From: an uncultured Planctomycetales bacterium
Lineage (GTDB): Bacteria; Omnitrophota; Gorgyraeia; Gygaellales; Profunditerraquicolaceae
Assembly: GCA_964645795.1 (NCBI GenBank)
Contig: CAZYCL010000009.1
Span: 505-64,504 of the forward strand
Direction of reading: 5' to 3'
DNA length: 64,000 nt
Position numbers and translations under genes: made by a program. Positions 9,746-18,451 of the stretch are shown one piece after another; position 1 is the first letter of the stretch; each line of letters begins with the position of its first letter. The notes under the pieces were generated by a model that worked only from the letters and a program-made list of their open reading frames with translations, did not search any database and was not told the DNA's origin.

Positions 9746-10123
9746 ATGTCAAAACGCAAACCTAAGAAAAAGAAGATCGATTGTGAGCGGTGTGCCACTC
9801 CTTCTGTCTGCTGCCATATGGGCGTATGGGTTGACCTGAATGAGGCAAAGAGGATACTGGAGTTGGGCATCAAGGGCGGCGATTTCTTCCATCTGGAGAA
9901 AAACGATGATTATCCCTCCGGATACCGGGTGGGCACAAGCATAGAGGATGAGTCTTGCTCTTTCCTTACCCGGGACGGCCTTTGTTCGATACACAAGATC
10001 GATTATGACCTCAAGCCCCTGCATTGCCGCGAATTCCCCTATGAGAACGGCAGGCTTTCTCCTTTCGCAGGGATATTATGCGAGACGGTCAAGGCAAGAC
10101 GCAAGAAGAAGCGGTCTTTGTAA
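9746..10123 (+). CDS. YkgJ/UPF0153-family putative zinc- or iron-chelating protein (CxxCxxCC)
   Basis: CERCATPSVCC matches the C-x2-C-x5-CC motif. More Cys residues lie downstream. Confidence 0.55.
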   Translation: MSKRKPKKKKIDCERCATPSVCCHMGVWVDLNEAKRILELGIKGGDFFHLEKNDDYPSGYRVGTSIEDESCSFLTRDGLCSIHKIDYDLKPLHCREFPYENGRLSPFAGILCETVKARRKKKRSL

Positions 10124-10125
10124 TC

Positions 10126-10386
10126 ATGGCAAAGCTAAAAGTGGATCTGCACGATATATTCAGCGACGGCAGGGCGATCGAGCATGAGCTGCAACGGGTG
10201 ATTAAGGAAGCTGTCGAGAAGAGGGTCGAGCTGGTTGAGATAGTTCCCGGAAAAGGGAGCGGCCAGCTTAAGAAAAGCGTGCTGCGGTTTTTAGAGCGGC
10301 CGCAGATAAAAAGCCTGTATCATCGTGTTGAGAAGGACGATAAGAATTTTGGAAGAATATTGGTCCACTTCAGGTTCCATGGATAG
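10126..10386 (+). CDS. Smr domain protein
   Basis: VDLHD..ELVEIVPGKGSGQLKKSVLRFL matches the Smr/MutS2 C-terminal domain, including the LDLHG-like and GKGTG-like motifs. Confidence 0.65.
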   Translation: MAKLKVDLHDIFSDGRAIEHELQRVIKEAVEKRVELVEIVPGKGSGQLKKSVLRFLERPQIKSLYHRVEKDDKNFGRILVHFRFHG

Positions 10387-10681
10387 CGCGCGTTATCTCG
10401 ATAGCCAGAAAGAGGCCCAGGCAGAACATGAGGCATTATGCCGCAGGTGCGGCTTATGCTGCGGTTTATATGATAATGATCCGTGCCGGCAGCTGGTCAA
10501 GACCGGTGACGGCAAGTATTCCTGCAGGGTTTATGAGCAAAGGCTGGGGGTCCAGTATACCGTTTCCGGCAAGCTATTTCACTGCGTGCCGATAAGGGAT
10601 TTCTTGAACGGCGAGCGTTCTTTCAACTGCGCCTATTCCTGCGCAGGGGCCTTAAGTTTGCCGTTGGGTTCTCGGGGGTAA
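10379..10681 (+). CDS. second YkgJ/UPF0153-family CxxCxxCC protein
   Basis: The motif CRRCGLCCGLY is present. The start overlaps the Smr stop (ATGGATAG). Confidence 0.5.
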   Translation: MDSARYLDSQKEAQAEHEALCRRCGLCCGLYDNDPCRQLVKTGDGKYSCRVYEQRLGVQYTVSGKLFHCVPIRDFLNGERSFNCAYSCAGALSLPLGSRG

Positions 10682-10685
10682 TCCG

Positions 10686-10832
10686 ATGAGGGGTTTTGGC
10701 AGGAGGCTGGCGCAGGAGATATTCGAGGGAAATTATTTTGACAAGTGGTGGTTTGTGCTGTTGGTTTCTGTCCTGCTGTTTGCTGTAAGCATTTTTTTCG
10801 TTACCATGGTGATTTCGGCGATAAGAAAATAA
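10686..10832 (+). CDS. possible small tail-anchored membrane protein (48 aa)
   Basis: ATG lies 5 nt after the preceding stop. The product has a hydrophobic C-terminal helix. The RBS is weak. Confidence 0.25.
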   Translation: MRGFGRRLAQEIFEGNYFDKWWFVLLVSVLLFAVSIFFVTMVISAIRK

Positions 10833-10876
10833 GCCGCAAGTTTGCCTGTCCGCAATGGCTAAAAAGGAGATGACCA

Positions 10877-11395
10877 ATGAGCGATAAGAAGGCAATGAAT
10901 CCCTATCTTGCCGGGGCTCTTACAGGGTTATTGGCGGTAGCCTCGGCATGGATCACGGGCAAGTTTTTCGGAGCGTCGACCACCTTTGTCCGGGCGGCAG
11001 GGTTCATCGAGAAGTTGTTTGCGCCCGAGAAGGTAGCCGGGATGGCGTATTTTATCAAGGAGGCCCCCAAGATAGATTGGCAGTGGATGTTCGTTTGCGG
11101 GATACTTGTCGGCGCGCTCATCTCGGCGCTGGCCTTCGGAGAGCTTCGGTTAAAATGGGTCCCGGATACTTGGGAGAAAAGGTTCGGAAAACAGGCGTTA
11201 AAAAGGGGGATCTTCGCATTTCTGGGAGGGTTCATCGCCATTATGGGGGCGCGCCTGGCTGACGGATGCCCCAGCGGCCATGGCCTGAGCGGCCTTATGC
11301 AGCTGGCCGTAAGCGGCTTTGTGGCCCTTTTCTTCTTCTTCGTAGGCGGAGTGCTTGTTGCCCATATCCTGTACAAGGAAGGGAGGTCCCGATGA
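10877..11395 (+). CDS. YeeE/YedE family membrane protein (sulfur-compound transporter half)
   Basis: Multi-TM protein. GxCxxG-type motif ADGCPSGHG. Confidence 0.7.
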   Translation: MSDKKAMNPYLAGALTGLLAVASAWITGKFFGASTTFVRAAGFIEKLFAPEKVAGMAYFIKEAPKIDWQWMFVCGILVGALISALAFGELRLKWVPDTWEKRFGKQALKRGIFAFLGGFIAIMGARLADGCPSGHGLSGLMQLAVSGFVALFFFFVGGVLVAHILYKEGRSR

Positions 11396-11919
11396 ATACT
11401 ACCGTCGTGGGTCTTATAACCGGCATAGCCTTCGGCATGCTGCTTCAACGCTCCAGGGTCATACGTTACGATAAGCAGATAGGGGCGCTCCTCTTAAAGG
11501 ATATGACTATCGTAAAGTTCATGCTTAGCGCCATACTGGCAGGCATGGTAGGCCTGCATATGCTGCGGCAGTTTCAGATAATCAACTTTTCTATCAAGCC
11601 GATGATCACCGGAAGCGTTGTCCTGGGCGGCCTGTTGTTCGGCGCGGGCTGGGGATTGCTGGGGTACTGTCCGGGCACATCCTTGGGCGCTTTAGGAGAG
11701 GGCAGATTGGATGCGCTTTGGGGCATTATGGGCATGATAGCGGGAGCCGGCGTTTTTGCCGAGGTTTATCCGTTTCTAAAGAAAACGGTGCTGACCTGGG
11801 GGGATTTCGGCAAGGTCACTTTGAGCGATGTCACCGGCATACATTATGCGGTGATCATCATAGTGATCGCCTGTCTTTGCGCGGCGCTGTTTCGTTTTTT
11901 CGAGAAAAAAGGCATCTGA
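11392..11919 (+). CDS. YeeE/YedE family membrane protein (second half-transporter)
   Basis: Motif GYCPGTSLGALG. ATGA start/stop overlap with the upstream half. Confidence 0.7.
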   Translation: MNTTVVGLITGIAFGMLLQRSRVIRYDKQIGALLLKDMTIVKFMLSAILAGMVGLHMLRQFQIINFSIKPMITGSVVLGGLLFGAGWGLLGYCPGTSLGALGEGRLDALWGIMGMIAGAGVFAEVYPFLKKTVLTWGDFGKVTLSDVTGIHYAVIIIVIACLCAALFRFFEKKGI

Positions 11920-11933
11920 AGAGGAGGGTGATA

Positions 11934-12320
11934 ATGCTGGGAGGTTTTCTAAGGGCTGGTTTATTCTGCCTTCTGCTTGTCAACTGTTGCGGATGTTTTG
12001 CGCTATTAGCGGGTGCGGCCGGAGGCGCAGGGACCGCGGTCTGGCTTTCCGGCAAGCTTAGCCAGGAGGTCAACGCAGATTTCGATGGTTGTGTTGAAGC
12101 TTCAAAAAAGGCGCTTAAGTCTCTTCGGCTCGAGATCGATAAGGAGACGGTAAAGAGCGATGTCGCCCAGATCATGAGCAGTTATAATGACGGCAGGACG
12201 GTATGGATAGATATACACAGGGTCACTTCCCGGGCCTCGCGCATAGAAGTAAGGGTAGGCCTGGCATCGGACAAGGAAGCCGCAGATGTGATCCTTAAGA
12301 AGATAATGCAGAATCTTTAA
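11934..12320 (+). CDS. putative lipoprotein
   Basis: GAGGAGGG RBS. Hydrophobic N terminus with LLLVNCCGC lipobox-like Cys. Confidence 0.5.
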   Translation: MLGGFLRAGLFCLLLVNCCGCFALLAGAAGGAGTAVWLSGKLSQEVNADFDGCVEASKKALKSLRLEIDKETVKSDVAQIMSSYNDGRTVWIDIHRVTSRASRIEVRVGLASDKEAADVILKKIMQNL

Positions 12321-12341
12321 GGCGCTTGAAAGGAGCAGGGT

Positions 12342-13370
12342 TTGGGGTTTACTTACGTCAGGCAAATACCGGGCGAAGAAGAGGTCATCAGGCGCATGCC
12401 CTTGAGCGCCGAACTGGCCCGGATAAAGAAAGAAAGGGACAGGCAGATAACCGATGTATTAAAGGCCAGAACCGATAAGTTGCTGGTCATCATCGGGCCC
12501 TGCTCTGCCGATGATGAGGAGGCTGTTAGTGAATACTGTAACCGGTTGAGCCAGCTGCAACAGAAGGTCAGCGACAAGCTTATCCTGGTCCCGCGCATCT
12601 ACACTAATAAGCCCCGCACTACCGGCCAGGGATATAAAGGCATGATGCATCAGCCTAAAGCCCATGAGGCGCCCGATATAGTCCAGGGGATAAAGGCCAT
12701 CCGCCGCCTGCATATCCGGATATTAAGCGAAACAGGCTTATCGGCGGCTGATGAGATGCTCTATCCCGAAAACTACCCTTATCTGCATGATCTGCTTAGC
12801 TACGTCACCATCGGCGCGCGTTCAGTCGAGAACCAGCAGCATCGCCTTACCGTCAGCGGGTTGGATATACCCGTAGGTATGAAGAACCCCACCAGCGGCG
12901 ACCCCAATGTCCTTCTTAATTCCATTCACGCCGCACAGACGCCGCATGTGTTCGTTTATAACAGGTGGGAAGTAAAAACCCCCGGCAACCCCCTGGCTCA
13001 CTGCGTCCTGCGCGGGGCGATAAACAAGTACGGCCAGAGCGCCCCGAATTATCACTATGAAGACCTGGTAAAGTTCGCCGATATATACCTTAAGCGCTCT
13101 TTTAATAACCCCGCCGTGATAATCGATACCAACCATGCTAACTCCAACAAGATGTATAAGGAGCAGCCGCGGATAGTCATGGAGGTCATGCGCAGCATAA
13201 AACACTCTCGCCTGCTTAAAACTCTTATCAAGGGCTTCATGATCGAAAGCTATCTGGAGGAGGGCGCACAGGAGATACCTGCCAAGGTATTCGGTAAATC
13301 CATAACCGACCCGTGCCTGGGTTGGGGCGATTCAGAAAAGCTTGTATTAAACTTAGCAAAAGAGGTATAA
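12342..13370 (+). CDS. 3-deoxy-7-phosphoheptulonate (DAHP) synthase, class I (AroF/G/H family)
   Basis: LLVIIGPCS, KPRTTxG, IGARxxENQ and DxxHANS blocks are collinear with E. coli AroG. Confidence 0.9.
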   Translation: MGFTYVRQIPGEEEVIRRMPLSAELARIKKERDRQITDVLKARTDKLLVIIGPCSADDEEAVSEYCNRLSQLQQKVSDKLILVPRIYTNKPRTTGQGYKGMMHQPKAHEAPDIVQGIKAIRRLHIRILSETGLSAADEMLYPENYPYLHDLLSYVTIGARSVENQQHRLTVSGLDIPVGMKNPTSGDPNVLLNSIHAAQTPHVFVYNRWEVKTPGNPLAHCVLRGAINKYGQSAPNYHYEDLVKFADIYLKRSFNNPAVIIDTNHANSNKMYKEQPRIVMEVMRSIKHSRLLKTLIKGFMIESYLEEGAQEIPAKVFGKSITDPCLGWGDSEKLVLNLAKEV

Positions 13371-13371
13371 T

Positions 13372-13641
13372 ATGGACATAGTCGTTAACAGGCTGACAGG
13401 CAAAGAGTTGGAGTCCAAGGGGGTCTTCGGCTGGCCGATCTGGGAAAAAGGCGTATCCAGATTCGACTGGCAGTATGATAGCACGGAGGAGTGTTTGTTC
13501 CTGGAGGGAGCGGTGACTGTCAACACCCCTGATGGTAAAACGGTGAACTTCGGCAAGGGCGATTTCGTGGTCTTTCCCAAAGGGCTGTCTTGCACCTGGG
13601 ATATCACCAAGCCCGTAAAAAAACATTATAACTTCAGGTAG
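13372..13641 (+). CDS. small cupin-domain protein
   Basis: 89 aa. The G(x)5..FxxFPKG..W pattern is cupin-like. Confidence 0.5.
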   Translation: MDIVVNRLTGKELESKGVFGWPIWEKGVSRFDWQYDSTEECLFLEGAVTVNTPDGKTVNFGKGDFVVFPKGLSCTWDITKPVKKHYNFR

Positions 13642-13645
13642 GGCG

Positions 13646-14947
13646 ATGCATAAAGAAGAGTGCTTAAGGTCTGAAGGCGGTTTCTTGATTAAGCTGGAAT
13701 CATTCTGGTGGCACCTGATAATCCTGTTTGTTTTTCTGCGGCCATTCCTGTGCGAGCAGGCTTTTCCCGTAAGCGGCTTCTGGTTTCTGTCCGCGATGTC
13801 CTTGGCCTGCGCGTTCTTTATATTTTTGCACAGGAGGAGCCTGTTCTTCCCCTCGGCGCTGAATTATTTCGTGCTGCTGTTTGTCCTTTCGATGGCGATT
13901 TCGCTGGTATTCACAAGGAAACCCGCATTCAGCCTATTCCAGATCGCAGTCTATTTGCCTAATATCCTGCTATTCTATGCCATAAGCTCCCAGCCCGAAG
14001 AAAGGAAAAAACAGATCATAAGCTTCCTTTTGGTCACGGCTGCGATAGCCAGCATCTACGCCCTTTATCAATATTTTGTGAGTTTCCGGCGCATCGAAGA
14101 GTATCTGCTTAAGCACGCTGCCTACATGTCCATAACCGATTACATGGATACCCTTTCCAAGAGAAGGGCCTTTTCTGTCTTTTGTTCTCCCAATATCTTC
14201 GCCACCTACCTTCTGATGGTCATCTTCATCGCCTCCGGATCGCTCTTGTCGGCCTTTAAAAAGAAGCTTGCCCGCAAGGATATTTGGCGCGATGCTTCGA
14301 TCCTGCTCCTGATGATTCTCTGCCTGGGCGCGCTGCTGTTGACCCGGTCGCTGGGAGGAGTGTTTGCGCTTTTTGTCACCTTCATTTTTTACCTGCTTTT
14401 TAAGGTTTACTATTTTCCCGCTAAGCTCAAGAAGGGCTGGCCGGTGTTTAAAAATATCATCTTTATGGTCCTTTTTATAGTCCTGATATTCGCTACCCTT
14501 GCATTCAACGACGCGCGCATCAGCCAGGTCCTGGACCTGGAGCATCCCTCAAATTCTTTTATCCAGAGGCTCTATTATTGGCAGGCCAGCCTCAAGATCA
14601 TCAAGGATTACTTCCTTACGGGGGTGGGCTGGAGGCTTTTCGGCTATTATTACGAGATCTATCGTCCGGAGCTGGCAAATACCACGCATTATTCGCATAA
14701 TGTTTTCCTGCAAGTCAGCGCGGAGCTGGGTATTATCGGGTTGCTGGCTTTTCTGGGGATAGTGGCTTTTATTGTGCATGCGGGATTGGATAAAGAACGG
14801 GCCAAGCGTCACGGGATGAGCTTGGGGCTGATCCTTGCTGCGGTAGTATTTTTGGTGCACAACTCCATCGACATCAGCTTTTATTTCGGCCAGACCGCAT
14901 TCCTGTGGTGGACGGTGCTGGCGATCCTGAATAATAAGGCGGATTGA
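13646..14947 (+). CDS. O-antigen ligase (Wzy_C) family membrane protein
   Basis: Poly-TM protein. The hallmark motif YSHNVFLQVSAELGIIGLLAF sits in a periplasmic loop. Confidence 0.8.
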   Translation: MHKEECLRSEGGFLIKLESFWWHLIILFVFLRPFLCEQAFPVSGFWFLSAMSLACAFFIFLHRRSLFFPSALNYFVLLFVLSMAISLVFTRKPAFSLFQIAVYLPNILLFYAISSQPEERKKQIISFLLVTAAIASIYALYQYFVSFRRIEEYLLKHAAYMSITDYMDTLSKRRAFSVFCSPNIFATYLLMVIFIASGSLLSAFKKKLARKDIWRDASILLLMILCLGALLLTRSLGGVFALFVTFIFYLLFKVYYFPAKLKKGWPVFKNIIFMVLFIVLIFATLAFNDARISQVLDLEHPSNSFIQRLYYWQASLKIIKDYFLTGVGWRLFGYYYEIYRPELANTTHYSHNVFLQVSAELGIIGLLAFLGIVAFIVHAGLDKERAKRHGMSLGLILAAVVFLVHNSIDISFYFGQTAFLWWTVLAILNNKAD

Positions 14948-15249
14948 TCATGGGCATAGTGGTAGGCGTGCTGGAGTCCGGCTTCTTCGGGGTGATTATT
15001 TTGACCCTCGGGGTGGTTGCGGTTGTCGCGGCGGTCCTTGCCCTGCGCCATGAAGCCAGGCGCAGCCGCCTGGCCGAAGACCTGCGTAAGGCCCTGCGCG
15101 AGAATATCCTTCTTCGCGAGAAGGTAAAAAGCCTGGAGATCAAAACCGGGCAGTTGAACCAGGAGATCTCCCTGAAGGAGCAGATGTATAACGGCCTCAA
15201 AGAGCAGTATGAGGAGCTTGAAAAAGATTTTGAAAAGATGAGCCGTTAG
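14944..15249 (+). CDS. membrane-anchored coiled-coil protein
   Basis: An N-terminal TM helix is followed by heptad-rich K/E/L sequence. ATGA overlap with the upstream gene. Confidence 0.5.
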   Translation: MIMGIVVGVLESGFFGVIILTLGVVAVVAAVLALRHEARRSRLAEDLRKALRENILLREKVKSLEIKTGQLNQEISLKEQMYNGLKEQYEELEKDFEKMSR

Positions 15250-15257
15250 CTTCACAC

Positions 15258-15286
15258 TTGAAAATCCCCCGATTTGGGTGTATACT
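15258..15286 (+). promoter_or_regulatory. sigma70-like promoter TTGAAA-17-TATACT
   Basis: TTGAAA at 15258-15263 and TATACT at 15281-15286. Confidence 0.4.
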
Positions 15287-15294
15287 TTATCTTG

Positions 15295-15339
15295 CCACGG
15301 AAAGGAAGGCGTTCTTAGGCCTTCTGACCGTGGTTTTTT
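15295..15339 (+). terminator. two-tier hairpin plus T6: terminator or attenuator immediately upstream of the pilZ-domain gene
   Basis: CCACGG-aaa-GGAAGGC..GCCTTCT-ga-CCGTGG followed by TTTTTT. Confidence 0.6.
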
Positions 15340-15354
15340 ATTGGAGAGGCCGCT

Positions 15355-15753
15355 ATGTATAACGGTTTCTGGGCCAGCGACCGGCGAAGGTTCGCGCGCC
15401 TGAAGGTTAATATGGACGTGGTATTCCGGGTAGAGAGCCCTTTGGCATTGAGGGCCATGACCGCAGACAAAATGGTCGGGGCTACGGTGCTGGATATCGG
15501 CCGGGCAGGCATGGCTATCCTTAGCCGCTACCAGATCTCTCCCGAAGCCGTGCTGATCCTGGAGTTCACGCTTTTTAAGACCGATAGAAACGGCATGGTG
15601 TCTTTTTATGATCCCGTAGAGATTGTAGGCGAGGTCCGCTCCTGCGTTCTTATGGAAGACGGCTTGTACCGTTTAGGCCTGATGTTCAAGGCTTTGCGCA
15701 GGGGCGAGGGGACCGAGATATCCGATTTCATGGCGGAAAGCCTGCGCCAGTAA
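15355..15753 (+). CDS. PilZ domain protein (c-di-GMP receptor)
   Basis: RRRFAR (RxxxR) and D-I-G-R-A-G (DxSxxG-like) motifs with the correct spacing. Confidence 0.7.
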   Translation: MYNGFWASDRRRFARLKVNMDVVFRVESPLALRAMTADKMVGATVLDIGRAGMAILSRYQISPEAVLILEFTLFKTDRNGMVSFYDPVEIVGEVRSCVLMEDGLYRLGLMFKALRRGEGTEISDFMAESLRQ

Positions 15754-15780
15754 AAAAGAGAGCGCAAAAAGGAAGGCGAT

Positions 15781-16104
15781 ATGGAATTCAATGAGGTGAA
15801 GAAAGAGGTAAAGAGGGTGGTTTTTGATACGTTGCGCATGGACTGCGATAATTACCTGGAAGGCGTCATACTCAGGGATGAGCTGGCTATGCTTAAGGAA
15901 AGGCTGCAGAGGTTGTTTGGTACGCCGGTCTGGCCGTCTAAAAGCAGGCTTGCCTTGCAGGTCGAAGAGAGCATAAAGAGTTATGGCGGGATAATTCCCG
16001 GCCAGACGCTTTATTACAATAATCAGGCAGGCCAGGTCTTATTTGTGATGCTCTGGCCATGGCAGGACGGAGAGAGGACTACGGTCAAGATGGTGAAGGC
16101 TTAA
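15781..16104 (+). CDS. hypothetical protein
   Basis: 107-aa ORF with a GAAGG RBS. No recognisable motifs. Confidence 0.45.
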   Translation: MEFNEVKKEVKRVVFDTLRMDCDNYLEGVILRDELAMLKERLQRLFGTPVWPSKSRLALQVEESIKSYGGIIPGQTLYYNNQAGQVLFVMLWPWQDGERTTVKMVKA

Positions 16105-16120
16105 AGGCCGGCCGCGTCCT

Positions 16121-16159
16121 AAAAAAATCCCCATCCTTTGAAAGGGTGGGGATTTTTTT
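16121..16159. terminator. bidirectional rho-independent terminator between convergent genes
   Basis: AAAAAAA-TCCCCATCC-tttgaaa-GGGTGGGGA-TTTTTTT. Confidence 0.8.
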
Positions 16160-16167
16160 CTGAAGTA

Positions 16168-16737
16168 TCAGTTAACGTTTATACCGGCAAGTCTTTTTAC
16201 GTCCCTGATGTATCTTTTTACTACTTTTGGCGCGCCTTTCAGGCCGTATTTTTTCAGGTTCTGATGGCCCCATACATAAGAAGCCAGGACGTTATCAAGG
16301 GTCACCGGGATCCCCTTGGCCTTAAGATGCAGCTGGATCACGTAAAGATAATCTTCTCCGGCCTGACGGGCGATCCTCGGCTCATAGATATCCGTTTTAT
16401 AGTTTACGTTCTTGTATTTGGTCCGGAACTGTTTTTTGAGCTCTTTCCAGGCGATAGGCGTGATCTGGGTAAGGCCGCGGGCCTTGGTGCGGCGGTTAAA
16501 GGCCTTAGGGTTATTGGAGCTCTCCACCATAATAAGGGCATCCAGGAGCTTAGGGTTGACTTCAATAAGCGGGGTAAACATCGCCCTGCTCTCTATTATA
16601 GGCAGCCTTCGTTCGATAAAAGCAAACGCCATGTGCTGCATAAGCAGAGAAGCAGCGATTATGGGGCTTAAAAGCAAGGCAAGCCTCGTAGCTTTTCCAA
16701 ACTCTTTAGTAAGTCTTGAATTATTAATTCTTATCAT
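16168..16737 (-). CDS. lytic transglycosylase (SLT domain)
   Basis: LIMVESSNNPKAFNRRTKARGLTQITP matches the SLT catalytic ES..GxxGLMQ block. N-terminal signal or anchor sequence. Confidence 0.8.
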   Translation of the reverse strand: MIRINNSRLTKEFGKATRLALLLSPIIAASLLMQHMAFAFIERRLPIIESRAMFTPLIEVNPKLLDALIMVESSNNPKAFNRRTKARGLTQITPIAWKELKKQFRTKYKNVNYKTDIYEPRIARQAGEDYLYVIQLHLKAKGIPVTLDNVLASYVWGHQNLKKYGLKGAPKVVKRYIRDVKRLAGINVN

Positions 16738-17051
16738 TTACCCGTTTCAACCTTTCTGTTGATTTTGGGAGATTCGGACATAGGAATAAAAGTATAACAT
16801 ATAAATCATTCTTGGCAAGTTAAAACTTAGGCAGAAATCCTCCTGGATTACAACTCTTTCAATATCAATATGTTAGAATTCCTGCCAGTAATATTTAATC
16901 CCCAAGCCTTTATCATAACAGATGAAGACGGGCGCTTGGTTGGAGGGCCGTGGCCGGTTACTCCTCAACTGCATAGTTTATTAAAAATGTCTTGCAAATT
17001 TAAATGCAAGATGATAATCTATAACATACAAATTAACAAAGGAGGTGGGTT

Positions 17052-17369
17052 GTGACGGGGAAAAAGGGTTTAATGGCAGTAGTTTTGGGTTTGACGGTCT
17101 TAATGGCCGGCTGCGCTACTTATTGGCCGCAGGGGTTCATTTATACCGAAGTCAAGGGCCCTGCCGCAGTGGGAAGCGAAGGCTATAATTACAGCAAGAC
17201 CGGTACGGCCACGGCAAATTCCATACTGGGTATGGTGGCTACAGGGGATTGCAGTATCAAAGCGGCCATGGCTAACGGTAAGATAAACAAGGTTAAATAC
17301 GTTGAGTATTCCGTAAAGAACGTTCTGGGACTTTTCGGAGAATACACGACCACGGTCTACGGCGATTAA
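17052..17369 (+). CDS. small lipoprotein (TRL-like family), GTG start
   Basis: GGAGGTGGG RBS. LMAGCATY lipobox. About 105 aa. Confidence 0.55.
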   Translation: MTGKKGLMAVVLGLTVLMAGCATYWPQGFIYTEVKGPAAVGSEGYNYSKTGTATANSILGMVATGDCSIKAAMANGKINKVKYVEYSVKNVLGLFGEYTTTVYGD

Positions 17370-17395
17370 TATCTTCGTATCCGGTCGGTAGTTAA

Positions 17396-17426
17396 GGCCC
17401 CCGGCATTGAGCCGGGGGCCTTTTTT
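17396..17426 (+). terminator. rho-independent terminator
   Basis: GGCCCCCGGC-attga-GCCGGGGGCC followed by TTTTTT. Confidence 0.85.
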
Positions 17427-17442
17427 AAGCCATATATAAATC

Positions 17443-18420
17443 ATGTTTGAAATCGGCAGCCTTAAACTTAGGTCAAGGTTTATCCTTTCCCCTTTGGCCG
17501 GGATCAGCGATTTTCCGTTCAGGATGCTTTGCCGTCAGTTCGGCTGCGAGTTGGCTTTCGCTGAGATGATCAACTGCCGGTCGGTCAGCCATAAGAGCCG
17601 CAGGAGCTCGCGCATGCTTTTTAGCGTGCCTCAAGACAGGCCTCTGGGGGTGCAGTTGCTTGGCTGCGAACCGCAGTTCGTGCTTAAGGGTATCGATGCC
17701 CTGAACAGGTTGCGCGATGAGGGCGCCTGTAACTTCGATATACTGGATTTTAACGCCGCATGCCCTGCGAAAAAAGTCATCCGCCGAGGCGAAGGCTCCA
17801 GCCTCATGAAGGAGCCCAAAAAGCTCGCAGGCCTTTTGCGCCTGGTCATTCGTAATACGCAGCTTCCTGTTACGGTCAAGATCCGCTCCGGATGGGACGA
17901 CAACTGTTTAAACGCTCCGGAAGTGGCCGTTCGCTGCCAAGATGAGGGGGTAGCGGCGGTATTCCTGCACGGCAGGACGCGTTCTCAGGGGTATCACGGG
18001 AAAGTAAGCTATGAGGTGATTCGTAAGACCAAAGAGCGGCTGTCCATACCGTTGATAGCCAGCGGAGACATACTCTCGGCGCCGCTGGCGGCGAAGATGT
18101 TCGATGAGACCGGCTGTGATGCGGTTGCCGTTGCCAGGGGCTCTCTTGGAAATCCCTGGATATTCAAACAGTGCGAAGAGCTTTTAAAGAAAGGACGGGT
18201 CATTACGGACCCGGCCCCCGCCGAGATCCGCCAGATAATGCGGCTGCACCTTGGTTCTTGCATCGGGTTTTACGCAGAAAGAACCGGGGTCATGATATTC
18301 CGCAAATTCTTCAGCTGGTATACCAGGGGGTTCAGGAAGATAAGGCATCTGAGGGAGAAGTCTTCGAGGGCAAAGACCGAGAAGGAGATGCTGCATTTGA
18401 TAGAGTCTGTGTCGGATTGA
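17443..18420 (+). CDS. tRNA-dihydrouridine synthase (Dus family)
   Basis: LAPLAGISDxPFR start. NxxCP catalytic Cys region DFNAACPAKKV. FMN-binding TIM-barrel blocks. Confidence 0.85.
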   Translation: MFEIGSLKLRSRFILSPLAGISDFPFRMLCRQFGCELAFAEMINCRSVSHKSRRSSRMLFSVPQDRPLGVQLLGCEPQFVLKGIDALNRLRDEGACNFDILDFNAACPAKKVIRRGEGSSLMKEPKKLAGLLRLVIRNTQLPVTVKIRSGWDDNCLNAPEVAVRCQDEGVAAVFLHGRTRSQGYHGKVSYEVIRKTKERLSIPLIASGDILSAPLAAKMFDETGCDAVAVARGSLGNPWIFKQCEELLKKGRVITDPAPAEIRQIMRLHLGSCIGFYAERTGVMIFRKFFSWYTRGFRKIRHLREKSSRAKTEKEMLHLIESVSD

Positions 18421-18451
18421 CATCTTGGCAGCTTTATGTAAGAATATAAGC

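Noticed and set aside
10903-11448. 181-aa minus-strand ORF
   Set aside because: It is antisense to the two conserved YeeE/YedE genes. Its product is Pro/Arg/Ala-rich in the GC-skewed frame.
13970-14545. 191-aa minus-strand ORF
   Set aside because: It is antisense to the O-antigen-ligase-like gene, which carries the family signature motif.
16138-16671. 177-aa plus-strand ORF
   Set aside because: It is antisense to the SLT-domain lytic transglycosylase, which has the clear catalytic motif.
16860-17051. Near-palindrome CTTGCAAATTTAAATGCAAG upstream of the lipoprotein gene, considered as an operator
   Set aside because: It is imperfect (half-sites differ at 2 positions) and lies in a generally AT-rich promoter region. 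Evidence is insufficient to call a site.
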